Source: Basidiobolus meristosporus CBS 931.73
Taxonomy: Eukaryota; Fungi; Basidiobolomycota
Direction: 5' to 3'
Length of the DNA stretch: 64,000 nucleotides
Assembly (NCBI GenBank): GCA_002104905.1
Contig: MCFE01000404.1
Span: forward strand, 16,931-80,930
Shown piece by piece: positions 28,189 through 41,508 of this stretch; position 1 is the first letter of the stretch, and every line of letters starts with the position of its first letter. The position numbers and the translations under genes were made by a program. Under the pieces are notes generated by a model. The model made no database searches. It saw only the letters and a list, made by a program, of their open reading frames with translations, and had not been told where the DNA came from.

Positions 28189-28926
28189 ATGCCTTCTGAG
28201 ATAACCGTTCCGAAGCCCACTCTCAGCTTCAAGAAGGCTCCAAATACCTATCTAGCGGACATTATATCCCTTAGTCCCTACGATCTTGAGAAGGGTACAA
28301 AGCTTGATGTATTCAAATCACCTTTCAATTACGCCGACGCCCTTTTCTTCAACAAACCCACGCCCCTCATTCCCAAAGAGTCCAAAGCGTATAATTTGAA
28401 GCAATTATTCGCCAGCCTCAAAATATTCACTACTCCAGCAAGTGCAGTAGAGATAATCGAGGAAAAGCCTCCACTACTACCTGTTGCGGACTTAACCCAG
28501 GTAGATACCCCTCCGGACCTACCGGCGTTTACTGAGGAACGCCCGGCATATTTCCCCATCAAAACAATGTACCTGCTGAGTTTTGAAAAAATACGTAATT
28601 GTAAGGGACGACCCATTGTTGATATTCTCTTGATACACCAAACTATGTCTAGGCTTCAGCGTTCGGGTTTACTATACGAGGTCCATCCTGCCATCATTGA
28701 ACGTAGAATTATAGAAAAGGCCGCGTTTCTTCGAAAGTTGAACAAGGCTAGGTATCCGCAGATCATTTCTGCGCCTCTGAAGCAACAATACACACCGCCA
28801 CCACCCTACTTCCGGTTTGACAATGAAAGTAAAGATACAGGTGCAGAACGCAAATGTGACGACGAGCATGTCCCGTTAGCAGTAATTCAGAGTGAATTCC
28901 AGCATACCAAATCCAACCGCGACTAG
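28189..28926 (+). CDS. Hypothetical protein (245 aa)
   Basis: Long ATG-initiated ORF with a protein-like composition. No family recognised. Confidence 0.6.
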   Translation: MPSEITVPKPTLSFKKAPNTYLADIISLSPYDLEKGTKLDVFKSPFNYADALFFNKPTPLIPKESKAYNLKQLFASLKIFTTPASAVEIIEEKPPLLPVADLTQVDTPPDLPAFTEERPAYFPIKTMYLLSFEKIRNCKGRPIVDILLIHQTMSRLQRSGLLYEVHPAIIERRIIEKAAFLRKLNKARYPQIISAPLKQQYTPPPPYFRFDNESKDTGAERKCDDEHVPLAVIQSEFQHTKSNRD

Positions 28927-30191
28927 AGCAGACGAAGGCCAGTTCATCACATACATTAATTTAATCTAAATTTGCATTTTTGTCTAGATATATACATCGC
29001 AAATACCCTTCAGATAAACCCATAGTATTGACGATCAGCATTGTACATATAATAAATCGTCATTCGTTGAGGTAAGCTAATTGCGTGTTCATATCCGTCA
29101 TGAAGGTCGCTGATCATTTGGCTTTTGACAAGTGTGTTCTTAGGAGGTGAGTTGGAAATGTTTGCAAGATTTCATCTTTTGCAGGTATGACGGAATCTTC
29201 AGCAGTCTTTGGTGAGATATGCAGAGGAATACATAACAACGACATTTAATAAAGTTACAGTTTTAGCAATGAAACCATTTTACCTTTGATAAGCCACCTG
29301 GACGATACTTATTATATCAAACCAAAAGCACCAAAAGCACCAAAACCACCCGTCAGTTCTACATTAGATGAGTCAGACCCTTTGCAAGGGGGATGACGCA
29401 ATAATGAGCAGATCGTGTAGAGCCCAAACATCGTATAAATATGGCCATGACGTTTAGGCCATTCCACTTGGTAGTCACTCGTTATGTAATGCGGCCGTTT
29501 TGGGGATGGAATGATGATCGACTGGACACTTTTGAAACAAAAATCCCAATCACCCAGTATTGGCTTGAGCTCAAATCGTCGATTTCCTCCTCTTGGTGGT
29601 GAGTGTGGTTCGTGTGTGATTAGATGATCTCATGGGACGCAAATATTACCTGGGTAAGTGTATGTGGGCCGTATGATCGTAAGTATAAATGCGCCAGATA
29701 GCGGCCCAGTGGAGCAAGAACTCACTCTTCTCTATCATGACCGAACAACAAGCACAGCCAACCTACGTCCAAAGCGGTTCCTTTCTCACCAATGGAACTC
29801 TCTTGCATAGTCAACCGACTATCAACGGACAGCCGTTAAACTCGAGCCAAGCCATGTATCATCAGCAAATGGCCCACCAATATCGAGTGTTGATCCAGCA
29901 GTTAACCGGTAGCTCCGCATAGCCATCGTTCCTTTAACCTGAAATGTACATAGTAGTGCGCATCCAAGGGCCGTTTTCTATCCCATTTCTCTAGAAAAAC
30001 CGCAATACTTGGCGCCAATATAATAAATAATGAGATGCTTACAACCAAGATTTATTAGGTCGGTAAAGACATTGGGTAGCCCAATCATTAATCAACAAAA
30101 CTATGGAGAGAGCTACGTACATATTATGGATGTATTACTTACATTAACATAGAAGTGAGATCAACGGATAGTAACGAGATTAGGCCTTGGT

Positions 30192-31432
30192 TCATTCGAT
30201 CAGATTTAGGTTTCTCTCGGTAGGGGCTCGTGTTTGCGCCATTGTACGGCTGGTGTCCACTAAATGATGTCACATCGTTAGGCTACCTCCATTCGTTCAA
30301 AAATAAACCTTCCGGCCACTTACAATGGAACTTTAGGCCCTGGCCGAAATTCACGTAGCATTGAACCGTCATGACAATGGTGGCGGCAATCATGATCAGC
30401 GATAATGCAGCTAGTTTAAAGATTAGTCGCCAGCAATAAGAGAATCAAGGTGGTTGTATCCAAGCGTACCAAAGAAGGTTAGGAAGATGATCACATTTTT
30501 GTATTGCGGCTCATGACGTCTTTGCTGCATTCTAATCAGCTTGAATATGAAATAGCCTGCTCCACAACACAGACCAAATAGGAATATCACGGTCATGATT
30601 CGATTTTCACGTCGAATACAGTAAATTGCCAGCACCAAGGTTACAATAATAATTGGCAATGAGGCTATAGTGATAGGGACTTCCGGGTCATTGGGGTTGG
30701 ATTGTACCAACACCAGTACCAAGAATTGGACACAAAATCCAAGAAAGAAAAAGATATCCAGCTTGATCAACGTGAGGAAGATTTGGTAAGAGCGATACCG
30801 AGCTAATACGGATTGGCAGTGTCAGTGCGGTGTTGGAGAAGCACAACAGTAGGCATCTTCAAATACCTGTCATCCGAACATCTGCACCAATTCGTTTGTA
30901 GATCTGCCAGCCGAATTCTCGATAGAGGCGGTAGCTCAGCCATATGTAAAAAAAGAAGCATGCAAGCATAGTAGCAGCGATTGCAATGGTGATGGTCTGG
31001 CATAATTGCATCGCCGATTTCTCCAGCTGCCCGCTCATTTGACTTAGTTGGTTGTACTGAATTAAAGAGTAGCAAAAGCAGGACAGGTTGAATAGCACAA
31101 AGGCGATTATCTGAATAGTGTTTTGGTACCGTAACTAGGATATTAGAAAGCGTCAGTTGTTGCCGTGAATGCCAACTCTCGACAGAGTACTCAAGTTCTA
31201 CTGCAGCTGTACTTTGAACAACACTTACGGCATCCCACACTAGTACTATTTGGAATACTTGCGAGCTGATAAATATGATAAAATAGACCAACAGCGAGGT
31301 GTACTTATTTTGGCCCTCATCCAGTTCATAGCTTTGATAATAGGTATATGCGATAAACGATTCCAGCGCTATGACAATAAGAGCTTCCAGTACGGATAAA
31401 ATTAACGTCGTGCGTGGATAATTGACGGCCAT
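30192..31432 (-). CDS. Multi-pass membrane protein, UPF0658-like
   Basis: Spliced reading ...FQIVLVWDA-LRYQNTIQIIAFVLFN...YRLYREFGWQIYKRIGAD...KLDIFFFLGFCVQFL...RREN...NFGQGLK. Confidence 0.75.
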
Positions 31433-31949
31433 TTTCTGGGGAAGACAAAGGGTTAATTGCAACTCCCAGCCACAGCAGGGTTAGTGATAAAGTGGTACCT
31501 TCATGGCTTGACCTATAACTTCATAGCTTGCTGAAAGAAAGGTGCACGCGACAATAAACTAGAAATTTAGCCCACGCACAAAATAAGGAAACCCCCGAAA
31601 ATAACATTAGGAACGAAGCTCGCATGCTAAAACCTAGTATGAATCCGTCCATTGTACTGAGACATTTCCACGAGTTAGAAGTGAGCGATTGGTGTAACTT
31701 CCATTTGTATCATCTTTCTTACGCTACGGACAATAATTAATAATAAGCAGTCTATTAATCAATCAACCTGATTGGTACTGGTGCAATTACCGCGGTGTAA
31801 CAGTCGCGTAATGGGACCAGCAGATCGTGTTTAAATAAAGCAAGTTCACTGAGAATAACCGAGTTGCGGTGCATAAATAGGTTTCGAAGGAGTATTTGTA
31901 TTTTATAGAAGCAATACTATGTTGATTGAAACGACAAGAAACGAATATT

Positions 31950-32315
31950 CTAGTTATCCTCAACAACTTCGGTTTGGAGACCCTTGTAGGAGGTAACGGG
32001 AACAAAAGTGACATAGGTGTAGAGCTTCTCCTTGGCATCTTCGTCATCGTTACGTCTGCGGGCGAGGCGAACGCGAATGCGACGTTGAACGTTACGGATA
32101 CCATGGCTCCAAACTTGCTTGTTCACGGAAGGATCCAAGCGGACATCGACGGTACCCATTTGCTTGGAGGCGAAAGCCTTGATGGCCTTGACGGCAGTAG
32201 GAGCCTTCTTCTTGAAAGAACGATCATGGATGAGCTTGTGAAGGTGAATGGTGTACTCTCTGGTGACAACGTCGGAGAGAGTGGAACGCTTGGTACCCTT
32301 TTGTTCCTTGGCCAT
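31950..32315 (-). CDS. RPL31: 60S ribosomal protein L31 (eL31)
   Basis: [13 protein letters not shown]...[16 protein letters not shown]...[21 protein letters not shown] probable 5'-UTR intron lies just upstream. Confidence 0.97.
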   Translation of the reverse strand: MAKEQKGTKRSTLSDVVTREYTIHLHKLIHDRSFKKKAPTAVKAIKAFASKQMGTVDVRLDPSVNKQVWSHGIRNVQRRIRVRLARRRNDDEDAKEKLYTYVTFVPVTSYKGLQTEVVEDN

Positions 32316-32558
32316 TTTCTACAGTGATGGATGGAAGTTCGATGAGAATTGATGTTAGGTCAGAGGCAGTTATCGGTAACTACATACCAAGAATACAGTC
32401 GCTTGGTTGGGAAACAGCGAGAGAGAGAAAGAATGGCCTATTCGGTTGATCGCATTAATTGAGGTGATTCGAACTGAATGATCTCACCGAGAGCCAATGG
32501 GAGCCTGATAGATGCAACACCCCTTGATCATTGTTGAAAAAAAACCATTCAACATAAC

Positions 32559-32688
32559 TTAGGGTTAGGCGAGGGCGAGGCTGAGGCTGAGGCGGAGGGC
32601 GAGATGCATCAAGTAGATCATCAGGAATGGTGGTCAATGGACATGATGGGATAGGGGGAGGTTAAGGGTTAGGGCTAGGGTTAGGGCT
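32559..32688. promoter_or_regulatory. Telo-box / Tbf1-like motifs upstream of RPL31
   Basis: TTAGGGTTAGG (32559) and TTAGGGCTAGGGTTAGGGCT (32669), 250-370 bp upstream of the RPL31 ATG, in a divergent intergenic region. Confidence 0.5.
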
Positions 32689-32967
32689 CGCCCGGCCAGA
32701 TCTGTTCAACAATCATTGTTTGAGTTTAAGCCTAGTTTGGGTTGATATGATGCTATCAAACTACATTGGTTGATAATAACATTATGACAGGAAGTAGATT
32801 CTCACATCGAGATGCAAACCTCTCTGCCTTCAATCTCAACCACAGAGGCTTCAATATAATAGAGCTCCATATCTATTCGCTCTTGAGAATAAGTCTGCTT
32901 TGCCATTGATCACTCCATGAAAGCTTGTAGATAACTTTATCTTTCCCTCTCCTTGTTCGTACCAACC

Positions 32968-34629
32968 ATGAGCGCAAATCATCGACAGTTAAAGGAACAG
33001 TCTCCTGAGGATCTCGAGGAACAAAACATGTCCAATACCTCGAATTTTGTTGTGGACGACGACGAAGATGCACTCTTGTCCAAGTCTAGCTCGCCACGAG
33101 AATCACTCGAGGATCTAGATCCGTTGGCCATAAACCCATTCGAGGACCCTTCTCAGAGCCAAGCAAACGCAATGGCACCCGAGGTTGAGAAAACGGTGCC
33201 TGATTCGACCACTTCCCTGAATAATGAAACCCTCTTGAAGAAAGTCTGCCTCAACTTGTTCTACATTCTCACTTGGTAAGCTCCCGTCTATTTGCAACCT
33301 AGGATATAGTACCTTTGGGGACAATACCAACAATTTCACGCAGGTACATCTTTTCCACCGGGATTTCCTTATACAACAAATGGATGGTTGATAAAAGCCA
33401 CTTCAACTTCCCTTATCCGTTGTTTATCACGTCGATGCACCAAGTGATGCAATTTATCTGCTCCGGCCTATGCCTGTTGATATTTCCTTCTTTGAGGCCC
33501 ACTTGCCATCCCTCCAAGAAAGACTACGGGTATGTATGAGTGTGTATAGGATGTAGAACTCGTCGCTTATCCATGTTCATTATGTCAACAGTACCAAAAT
33601 TGTTCCCTGCGGAGTAGCCACTGGATTGGATATCGGTTTATCCAACTCCAGCCTTAAAACGATCACCCTATCTTTTTACAGTACGTACTTCCCCCGTCAA
33701 GTTGAGCTTGTCCATCGCTAAACTTGCATTGCCATATTGCAGCCATGTGTAAATCATCGTCCCTGGCGTTTGTGTTGATGTTTGCGTTCCTGTTCAGACT
33801 GGAGAAGCCCACCGTGAAATTGATTGGGATCATTCTCATCATTTCGATTGGCGTTCTACTGATGGTTGTGTCTGAAACCTCTTTCGTGCTTGTGGGGTTG
33901 GTATCATTGCAGTAGGCACGAGGGTTCATTGATTGTGACTCAACATTCCTTTTTAGATTTATCCAAGTCATGACCGCCGCGCTTCTTGGCGGTCTTCGTT
34001 GGTCTCTGACCCAAATCCTACTGAAAAAAGAATCGATGGGACTTCACAATCCCATGGCAACCATCTTCTTCTTGGCTCCTATCATGTGGGGATCTCTCCT
34101 AATCTGCGCCATAGCCATCGAGGGCCTCGGCGACATGCTGCACTCGCCGTTCTTCGCCAACTTCGCCACCGCATGCCACACGATGCTGTACATTCTGTTC
34201 GGCGGATTGATGGCGTTCCTAATGGTTTCCGCCGAATTCATGTTGATCTCGCGTACATCTGTTGTGACTCTCTCGGTAGCAGGCATTTTCAAGGTACCCT
34301 CCCAAACCATCACGCGCCCAGCCTTTCATACTCTCACACATGGTGCGCTTTCTTAGGAAGTGGTGACTATTTTCGTCTCCATTGCTACCTTTGGCGATAC
34401 GGTTACTTGGATCAACATAGTTGGCCTATGCATCACCCTGTTCGGCATTGGGCTGTACAATTGGCTGAAGATCCATCAAATGAAACGCAAAAACATGGAA
34501 ACCGGTTATACCAAAATCAACCAGGTGAGCATGGGCGAAGACGGGGTGTTCATGGCCAATGTAGTCAATGCTACGGCCGAGTGGGACGAAGAAACGCTGG
34601 AGATGACAAGGACCCGGTGGAATCTCTAG
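32968..34629 (+). CDS. Triose-phosphate/nucleotide-sugar transporter family (TPT/SLC35C2-like), multi-exon
   Basis: ISLYNKWMVDKSHFNFPYPLFITSMHQVMQF, CKSSSLAFVLMFAFLFRLEKP, GGLRWSLTQILL, EFMLISRTSVVTLSVAGIFKE. Confidence 0.9.
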
Positions 34630-35229
34630 TGCCTCCCATCCCTCGCCCACTCTTTTGCCCGATCACCTGCTCCCAGGAATGGATGGGATGGAAAGCCTGA
34701 CACGACCCACTTTTCACTCCACAAATACTAACAGTGTTCCAGCTCTTCCAAACTCTTCTAGTCCATGTACAATACCCATTCTTTACTCGTCTGCTTCCTC
34801 TCCATGTTGACAGACACGAATTGTTGGCCATTAAACTTCATACGAAAGATATCAAAGAGCACTGCTGCGATGTTTTATTTTGGCCGGTGTCGTCGAGGGA
34901 GGGGTGGGTTATATCTGGAAATCGGGGAAGTTGATTGGCACAGGTTGTTTACTGTTTTGAAAACAACCTAGTCTATTTTAGTTGAGTGATTATTTACATG
35001 AAATCATATGGTGGTAATGGGTGGGGAAGTTGACAGGAGAGAGTCTGGTCAAAACAATGAAAAAAACCATGGCTTTGGCGGGATGTTCAAGGGTGATATC
35101 CTGCTAATGGCCCGGGAAATGTTGGGATTTTTATCGATCAAAAAGTGGTCCACTTTAAATTCAGCTGCTCCGGTTCACTCGAACCCATCAAGCCTTTCTC
35201 TCTCTCACCTCGATTGACATATATCCCCG

Positions 35230-35918
35230 ATGGCCAGTAACGTCGCTTCCGCTCAAACTTCCGCCCCCGATGGCTTCTCAGTTACCAAGCGGTAGGTGCT
35301 CAGGAGCAATTGCGTCTTGGAATTCCAAACTAAACCCAGGTTGTCATAATTTCTGCCGTTCAACAGCCTCAGTAGCGAGCTCATGTCGTTGATGGTAATT
35401 TTTTGCTGGTGTCTGTTTTCTGAGGAAGACGCTAATTCCCTTGGGGTTTCATACAGATGTCTGCCATTCCTGGTATCTCTGCTTTTCCTGATTCCGACAA
35501 TATGCTGAGCTGGGTTGGAACTCTGTCTGGTGTGGCCGGCACAGTAAGTGCATTTCAACCCTTCTGTCGGTTAACCCGTTAGCTTACCTGATTGCAGTAC
35601 TACGAAGGCCTTACTTTCAAGCTCTCCATGAAATTCCCACCAAACTACCCATACTCTGCGCCCACCATCAAATTCGATACACCTTGCTACCACCCCAATG
35701 TAGATATGGAAAGCGGGGCTATCTGTTTAGACATCCTGAAGGAGCAGTGGTCCGCCGTATACAACGTTCAGACTATTCTTCTGTCCCTACAGAGTCTGTT
35801 AGGAGAACCTAATAACGACAGCCCACTGAACCCTGAGGCAGCCCAGCTTTGGGATTGCACCGAAGAATTCAAAGCCAAATTGGCCCAGACCTATCAAGTC
35901 CCCGAGGACAAAGAGTAA
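35230..35918 (+). CDS. Ubiquitin-conjugating enzyme E2, UBC11/UBE2C-like
   Basis: MASN...SVTKR-L..ELMSLM-...[38 protein letters not shown]...YHPNVD...[14 protein letters not shown]. Confidence 0.92.
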
Positions 35919-36236
35919 GTCCCGTGTAGAACACCCACCCCACCCCACCTGAACCTGTACTATCTCGCTAGCGAAAAATTATTCCTTAATGGTCCACATT
36001 AACCTTGTATTTGTAATGATTTTTCTTTGTCTTATTGGTCAATCTTCAAAAACAAACTGATCACTTGTATGTGTGACTTGATTAAAGTGAATTGAGTCAT
36101 GACGAAATGAATGAATGCTGCTACAATTCGCATTGGCTTGACAAATGAAAAGTAATTAAATGTCAGTTGGGAGGATCATAGCTCTGACGTTTACTTTGAA
36201 ATGAATGCAGATGTTGATCCAGGTAGGCAGGGAAGG

Positions 36237-36866
36237 TCAATCGAACTCTTGAAGCTTGGAAATCAAGCCTGGAGTCCATACATCAAAGCAACCAGCCTCA
36301 CAAATCCCATCGACTGTTCGATGGAATTCTGTCAGTTGTAATCGAACGATGGCCTCCACTTCCCGACTATTGGAGTCAATAGAGCTCGCCTCTAACGACA
36401 GATTCCTCGCAAAATCCCCGTCCACTTCGGTCAATATCTTGATCTTGTCTATGACGCCAGCCCGAGTCCGCTCCAGCACATCTTGGAGGTAGAAAATGAT
36501 TGATCCTGGGGAGCCGCACACCTCCGGACAATAGTAGTTTGGACAGCCCTCAAGGTCGGTTCGTTGGCATCTGGCATGGAACTTATCAAATATCCCATGG
36601 TGCATGATGTTGGATAGGTCGCTGGAAACCTCTTCATGGAGTTTGCCAACGGCTCTGCTTACAGCCGACTTTAGACGGGGCTCATCGTTGGCCTTGGAAG
36701 ACAATGCTGTGACAAGCTCCTCTTCGAACGAAGTCAGTGTTTCGACAACGACTGGCCGATACCGTAAGGAGAATTCTTGATCCATAGCCACCTTGCAGTC
36801 CCTCTCACAGCCGTAAGTGCCGGTCAACAATAAGGAAGTCAAGGTAAGTAACGAAAAGAACTTCAT
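36237..36866 (-). CDS. Secreted Cys-rich protein, paralog 2
   Basis: MKFFSLLTL... signal, then CERDC...HARC...GCPNYYCPEVCGSPGSIIFYL. Confidence 0.85.
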   Translation of the reverse strand: MKFFSLLTLTSLLLTGTYGCERDCKVAMDQEFSLRYRPVVVETLTSFEEELVTALSSKANDEPRLKSAVSRAVGKLHEEVSSDLSNIMHHGIFDKFHARCQRTDLEGCPNYYCPEVCGSPGSIIFYLQDVLERTRAGVIDKIKILTEVDGDFARNLSLEASSIDSNSREVEAIVRLQLTEFHRTVDGICEAGCFDVWTPGLISKLQEFD

Positions 36867-37010
36867 ATTCGATTGATGATTGACGGCCAACCAAATGGCA
36901 ACTTATATAACTTCCCCAATGCGGGCTTTGCTACCAAACAGGTGAACCTTATCTTGGATAAGATTGAGGTTGGCTGAGCCCAAAAAGGCTGGTTCACAAA
37001 ATTCATTCAA

Positions 37011-37070
37011 TAGGGTGAATGTGAGTACCATCTCGTGGAATAGGGTGAATGTGATTACCATCTGGTGGAA
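37011..37070 (+). repeat. 30-bp tandem duplication (2 copies)
   Basis: TAGGGTGAATGTGAGTACCATCTCGTGGAA followed by TAGGGTGAATGTGATTACCATCTGGTGGAA. Confidence 0.85.
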
Positions 37071-37163
37071 TAAGGCATACTATCTACTACAGGCACAGAA
37101 ATATATAATTAACAATCAAATACAAATATGAACTTGGGTATAGAATGTTTATGTGTCAAAGGG

Positions 37164-38493
37164 TCAGCGACAAAGAACCACACAAGGAGCAAAGATGGAC
37201 GTGGCAATACTATACCACCACGAGGTATTCTCGGGGGGAAGATAGGCGGGGGTGAGGTCGGAAGAAATGGCCAATTTACACATGGGACAGGTGCCAGACT
37301 TCGTTGTCAGCCAAGGGTCGATGCAGTCAACGTGATATATATGACAGCAAGGTAGCTCGCGGACTTCGTCACCAACCTTGAAATCATCCAAACATACTGC
37401 GCACACACTTTGGGCAGCCTCCTCATTTTCCGACTTGAATTCAGGTGGTGAGGCCATATGATGAGGGTCATAGGCTGGCGGCGGCTCCATCACCACGGCA
37501 CAGTGGGTCTTCTGAGAACGCAAGTCGCCGTTTCCGTACCATGTTTGGATGGGGAATTTATCCAGCGCACTCTTGTGAATCACCATCATCTCAGTGCCGT
37601 CCGGGATGTTATTACGAATCGCGTAATTGCGACGGAGGCGATAGAGGTGACAATGCATAGCCACTGAGTGATAATCAGGAAATTAGTTGGGAATGATCAG
37701 ACTGTTGAATGGCTAAATGTGGCCTACCTGAAATGACCAGCGCCAAAAATAGAAGTATCACCACAATAATCAGTGTGAATTCCCAGACGCTTGGAGACGA
37801 GCGCTCATTAGGAAGCATGACCAACTTCATCTGTTTCTTAAGCGTATTGGATGTCCCGGTCAGCTGCTGCTGATTACTGTCTGTAATGTCCTGAGCCATC
37901 TGGGTACCTTTGTCTGCATCAACAATGAACACTGGAATCACGATGGGATTGGAGAAATGGGCGTTCTTGAGATCGATATCTCCACCATCCGAGTAGATTA
38001 TCACACCCCGAGCTAGACTGTTCTGGGCGTAAGTAGCCTGCCACTCCAGGGTGCAGTTTTTGAGTGCCATGAGGGCTATCCGGGAATATTGTGGTCGCTG
38101 ATGAGCTGCTATTGTGGGGGTCTAGGGGCTCCCTGGCAAGGAACATCTATAACAAAGCCAATTCCCTAAATTTCATTCGACGCTTAACTTCCGATACATA
38201 GCTAGGTAAATACTGAACACACCCATTACCTCAAGACCTTTGCTGCCTAAGGGGCTGGTGTTAGGGACCACTTGGACACCAGAGGCAATCTCAACAGGGG
38301 CTATGGTCTTGTCCGAACTGATATTATTAGTACTAGTATCTAAGTAAACGGTCTCTTGACGTATGCTAGGATTGCTTCCACCAAATAGACCACCAGCTAC
38401 TAACTGGAGGTTAAGAAAAGCTAGCAGTAGACAAACTACAGACAACCGGTGCCTGGTAGACCACCCAGCGGTCGCCTTGTTTGTGATGTACAT
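37164..38493 (-). CDS. PA-TM-RING-H2 E3 ubiquitin ligase (RNF13/GRAIL-like), multi-exon
   Basis: Signal/TM segment, PA-like region (GVIIYSDG...IPVFIV), TM segment (WEFTLIIVVILL), CAVCLDDF...RELPCCHIYHVDCIDPWL...CPMC. Confidence 0.9.
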
Positions 38494-39254
38494 GACAGAC
38501 TAGCGTGTCGCAGAAGGAAGTTGGTACGAAGGAAGCAGCGTATCAATGGGAGTATTATGGAAAGTCAAGCAAAAATCAACCAAGAACAGTAGGAAAGTAT
38601 GAAACTAGGAATGTCGGTAGTAGCAGCCTTGTACTCTATATTCAAATGAAAGAAAATCACTGAAAGGGGCGTGGATTCGGAACAAGAGATTGGTGAACAC
38701 AAATAGGATAATGCAGCTATAATAAATGTATTGTTCGGTCAAGAATCGTCATGGCAATCGTTCCCCTCATTTAATTGATGGGGGTACAAACACAATATAT
38801 TGGAATTGATCAGCTAATGGAGATGGAATTTAAGCAGAATTATCCAGAACTGTACATAAGCTGTCGAGAAAGGTGTCCAACGCAAATTAATGCAAATTGA
38901 TACTTCTAGGATTAACGTGGTCCCTGTGTTACACGGTTACTGGAAAAGAATAACCGGATTGGTGGGTGTATATTACAATTGGTTTCGGACCCCGGATGGA
39001 GCAATCGATTTCTATGTTGAGCATCAAGTCATAAACATATTGGCAAATTAGGCAAGTGGGATTTAATAGCTCCAATATACGCACTAAACCTGACAATGCC
39101 TATAGGAGAACATCCATCCTGCAGTCGAGGATAGAGGATACAGGATACAGAATCGACAATGGATAATGATGGATTATTTATTGCGGAATTCGGCGGAATT
39201 CAATTAAATACAGTTTTTACAAAATGTGCAAGTGTGGTCAGGACGCCTGGAAGT

Positions 39255-39932
39255 CTAGTTGTTCATCAGCAGATTAACGAATGCATTGTAGTCAACAAAG
39301 CCGCTGTTATCTTTATCCACTTCGTGAAGGAACTCTTCCACCTCGTTTTCCGTGAGTTGCTCGCCAAACGTGGTTAGGACTGCGAAATGTTAATAGACTG
39401 CTAATGAAGTGCTGTTGAAATGTCCATATTTACCATAACGGAGCTCGCCGATGGAGATGAGGCCAGAGCCATCCATGTTGAATACCTCAAAGATGTCGGG
39501 GGAACTTTTGTAAGCACTTTCAATGTTTGCACCTCCGCCCCTGTACAAGATATCAAGAAAGACAGCAAAATCGATCTTTTTCCCTCCTGTAAGGGTGATT
39601 AGAAATTAAAATGGACTTATATGATCTACTTTTATTGCTTACTTACCAAAGGCGCTATAGATGGAGTTCAACTCAGCTTCAGTGGGGTTCTGGCCCAATG
39701 TTCGAAGCAATTGCCCGACAGAAGCTGGAGGAATAGAGCCGTCGCCGTGTATATCGTGAAGAGAAAACACCTCCTTGTATTCTATTGCAGTGTTAGCATT
39801 GCTTCCACGAGGAGGAACCTCAAACTACAATACCATTAAGTCGCTGCTCAGAGATATTCGCAATGCAGGCCTAAGGCGAAATGAATGAGTGAAAGTATAA
39901 CGGAGGTGAAATAATAGGTTTGAACATACCAT
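39255..39932 (-). CDS. Myosin light chain / calmodulin-like EF-hand protein (missed by the ORF track; multi-exon)
   Basis: ATG followed by a GTATGT intron, then ...EYKEVFSLHDIHGDGSI...LLRTLGQNPTEAEL...FEVFNMDGSGLISIGELRY-LTTFGEQLTENEVEEFLHEVDKDNSGFVDYNAFV*. Confidence 0.85.
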
Positions 39933-40773
39933 GATGTTTTTTACAGTTCAAAGAGAGTGTGTATGTTCAATGAGGAAAACTTGCCACTCCAGTACGACAT
40001 TTATATTGAGTGGAGGAGTTATTGGACACAAGGTCAATGGTAAACAAAAGATTTGTTTAGAATTAGCCATATATATCCAATTCCAGAATTCAGCCAACCA
40101 GCATGAGTTGTAAACGCAATCTTTCATATACAATACCACGCTCTACTTATATGATTATTTTATTGTTTTAGTAAAGTCAAAATCATCTTATAGAGCCACC
40201 TCCTGAAATTTCATCGCGTAGGACTGAGAAAACGCGACGTAAGCATCAATCCAAGTTTACCTAATTAGGTGCAGCTTTGGCGCTTCCCTCATTTATGCAC
40301 GCTTTGCCCATTTTGTTTATCTTAATCACTATCGATTTCGTTATTGATTAGCGGCATTGGTATGGCAGGTGGTTGAAATGGAGAGGACATTTATCGCTGA
40401 CAATTCCGCAGAGCGCTGGGCTAAATAGTCCGACAGCACCTACACTTTCAGCATATGTAGAATTCTCTGGAACGGACAAGTATCAACAAGCACCTTAAAT
40501 GGTTGCAAAATACTGGCTAGATTAGCCTGGAAGATATCGATATGATTCTATGGATACATGGATAGCATTTTTTTCGAAAATGGGATGATTCTGCCATCAG
40601 AGTCATCCAATCAGTCGAGGCTTCGCTCCTTTTTGGGACCACCGTTCCCAGCGTTGGCTTCCTTTAAAACCATCGGATTTCTTGGCATTTTTATGCCCTA
40701 TCCCTCATCCTTGTCAGCAGCCTCGCAAGTCCACACTTTCTAAACTCGATTAGACTTTTCATCGCCTTTCGTC

Positions 40774-41508
40774 ATGCCGGTTGTTGAAACTGTCGGTGGT
40801 TTCATAGGGGTTGCCATCGTTAGCTCGGTGGTGGCTCGTAGAATTCGTGAAAAGCGACATAAAGAGAAGGTGAACAACTTGATACAAGACTTGTGGATAC
40901 GTCGCAACTTCACATACGGCAGTCCAGAGGTGATTCCTGGCGATTTACCTAATGGAAGCTTCACTACACAAATGTATGATAGTCAAGTACTGTCGCGAAT
41001 CAACTATCATCCTGGCATATCTGTCTCTGTCGTGCCAGACATAATAGCGCCACCCATACACCTGCACCACGAGAATTTATTCACATCGCATTCATCGAAT
41101 ATACCCATTGCTTCTCTTCCAACTTTGTCTGGCTACAGCACTGGCCATTCCTCGAGAGAGTTCGACGAGAACATTGAACTGTCTTTGAGAAATCTTCCAA
41201 CCCCACCTAGTTGTATAGTGCGACGTGAAATCCCCTCTGCCCCAATCATTGATGCCACAGCTGATAGAGTATGCTTAGAGGCTCCGATGGTTACTGCCGC
41301 ACAACAGGTGCCTAGTGCTCCCGAGTTGGGGGATATTGAGTTGTGCTCAGCCACTCCCCGCAGCGACAATTCTATTCCTTCGGCGAGGACACAGCATAAC
41401 ATTTCTGATGCAGGTGTTGATTGCAGAGTTGACTCGGAGGTCGAATCGGACGAAGATAGAAGTTCCATGGAAAGTTTTTACAGTTGTTCCTCGACTCTTG
41501 AGGAGTGA
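40774..41508 (+). CDS. Hypothetical protein with N-terminal TM anchor and disordered C-terminus
   Basis: 244-aa ORF; a hydrophobic stretch (FIGVAIVSSVVA) is followed by a basic patch. Confidence 0.55.
   Translation: MPVVETVGGFIGVAIVSSVVARRIREKRHKEKVNNLIQDLWIRRNFTYGSPEVIPGDLPNGSFTTQMYDSQVLSRINYHPGISVSVVPDIIAPPIHLHHENLFTSHSSNIPIASLPTLSGYSTGHSSREFDENIELSLRNLPTPPSCIVRREIPSAPIIDATADRVCLEAPMVTAAQQVPSAPELGDIELCSATPRSDNSIPSARTQHNISDAGVDCRVDSEVESDEDRSSMESFYSCSSTLEE

Noticed and set aside
29689-29922. Small Gln-rich ORF
   Set aside because: It is short, with no homology cue or splice support, so it cannot be supported as a gene.
37011-37021. TAGGGTGAATG shared with the flank of the telomere tract at 63600
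   Set aside because: The match is only 11 nt, no homology extends beyond it, and it is compatible with chance.
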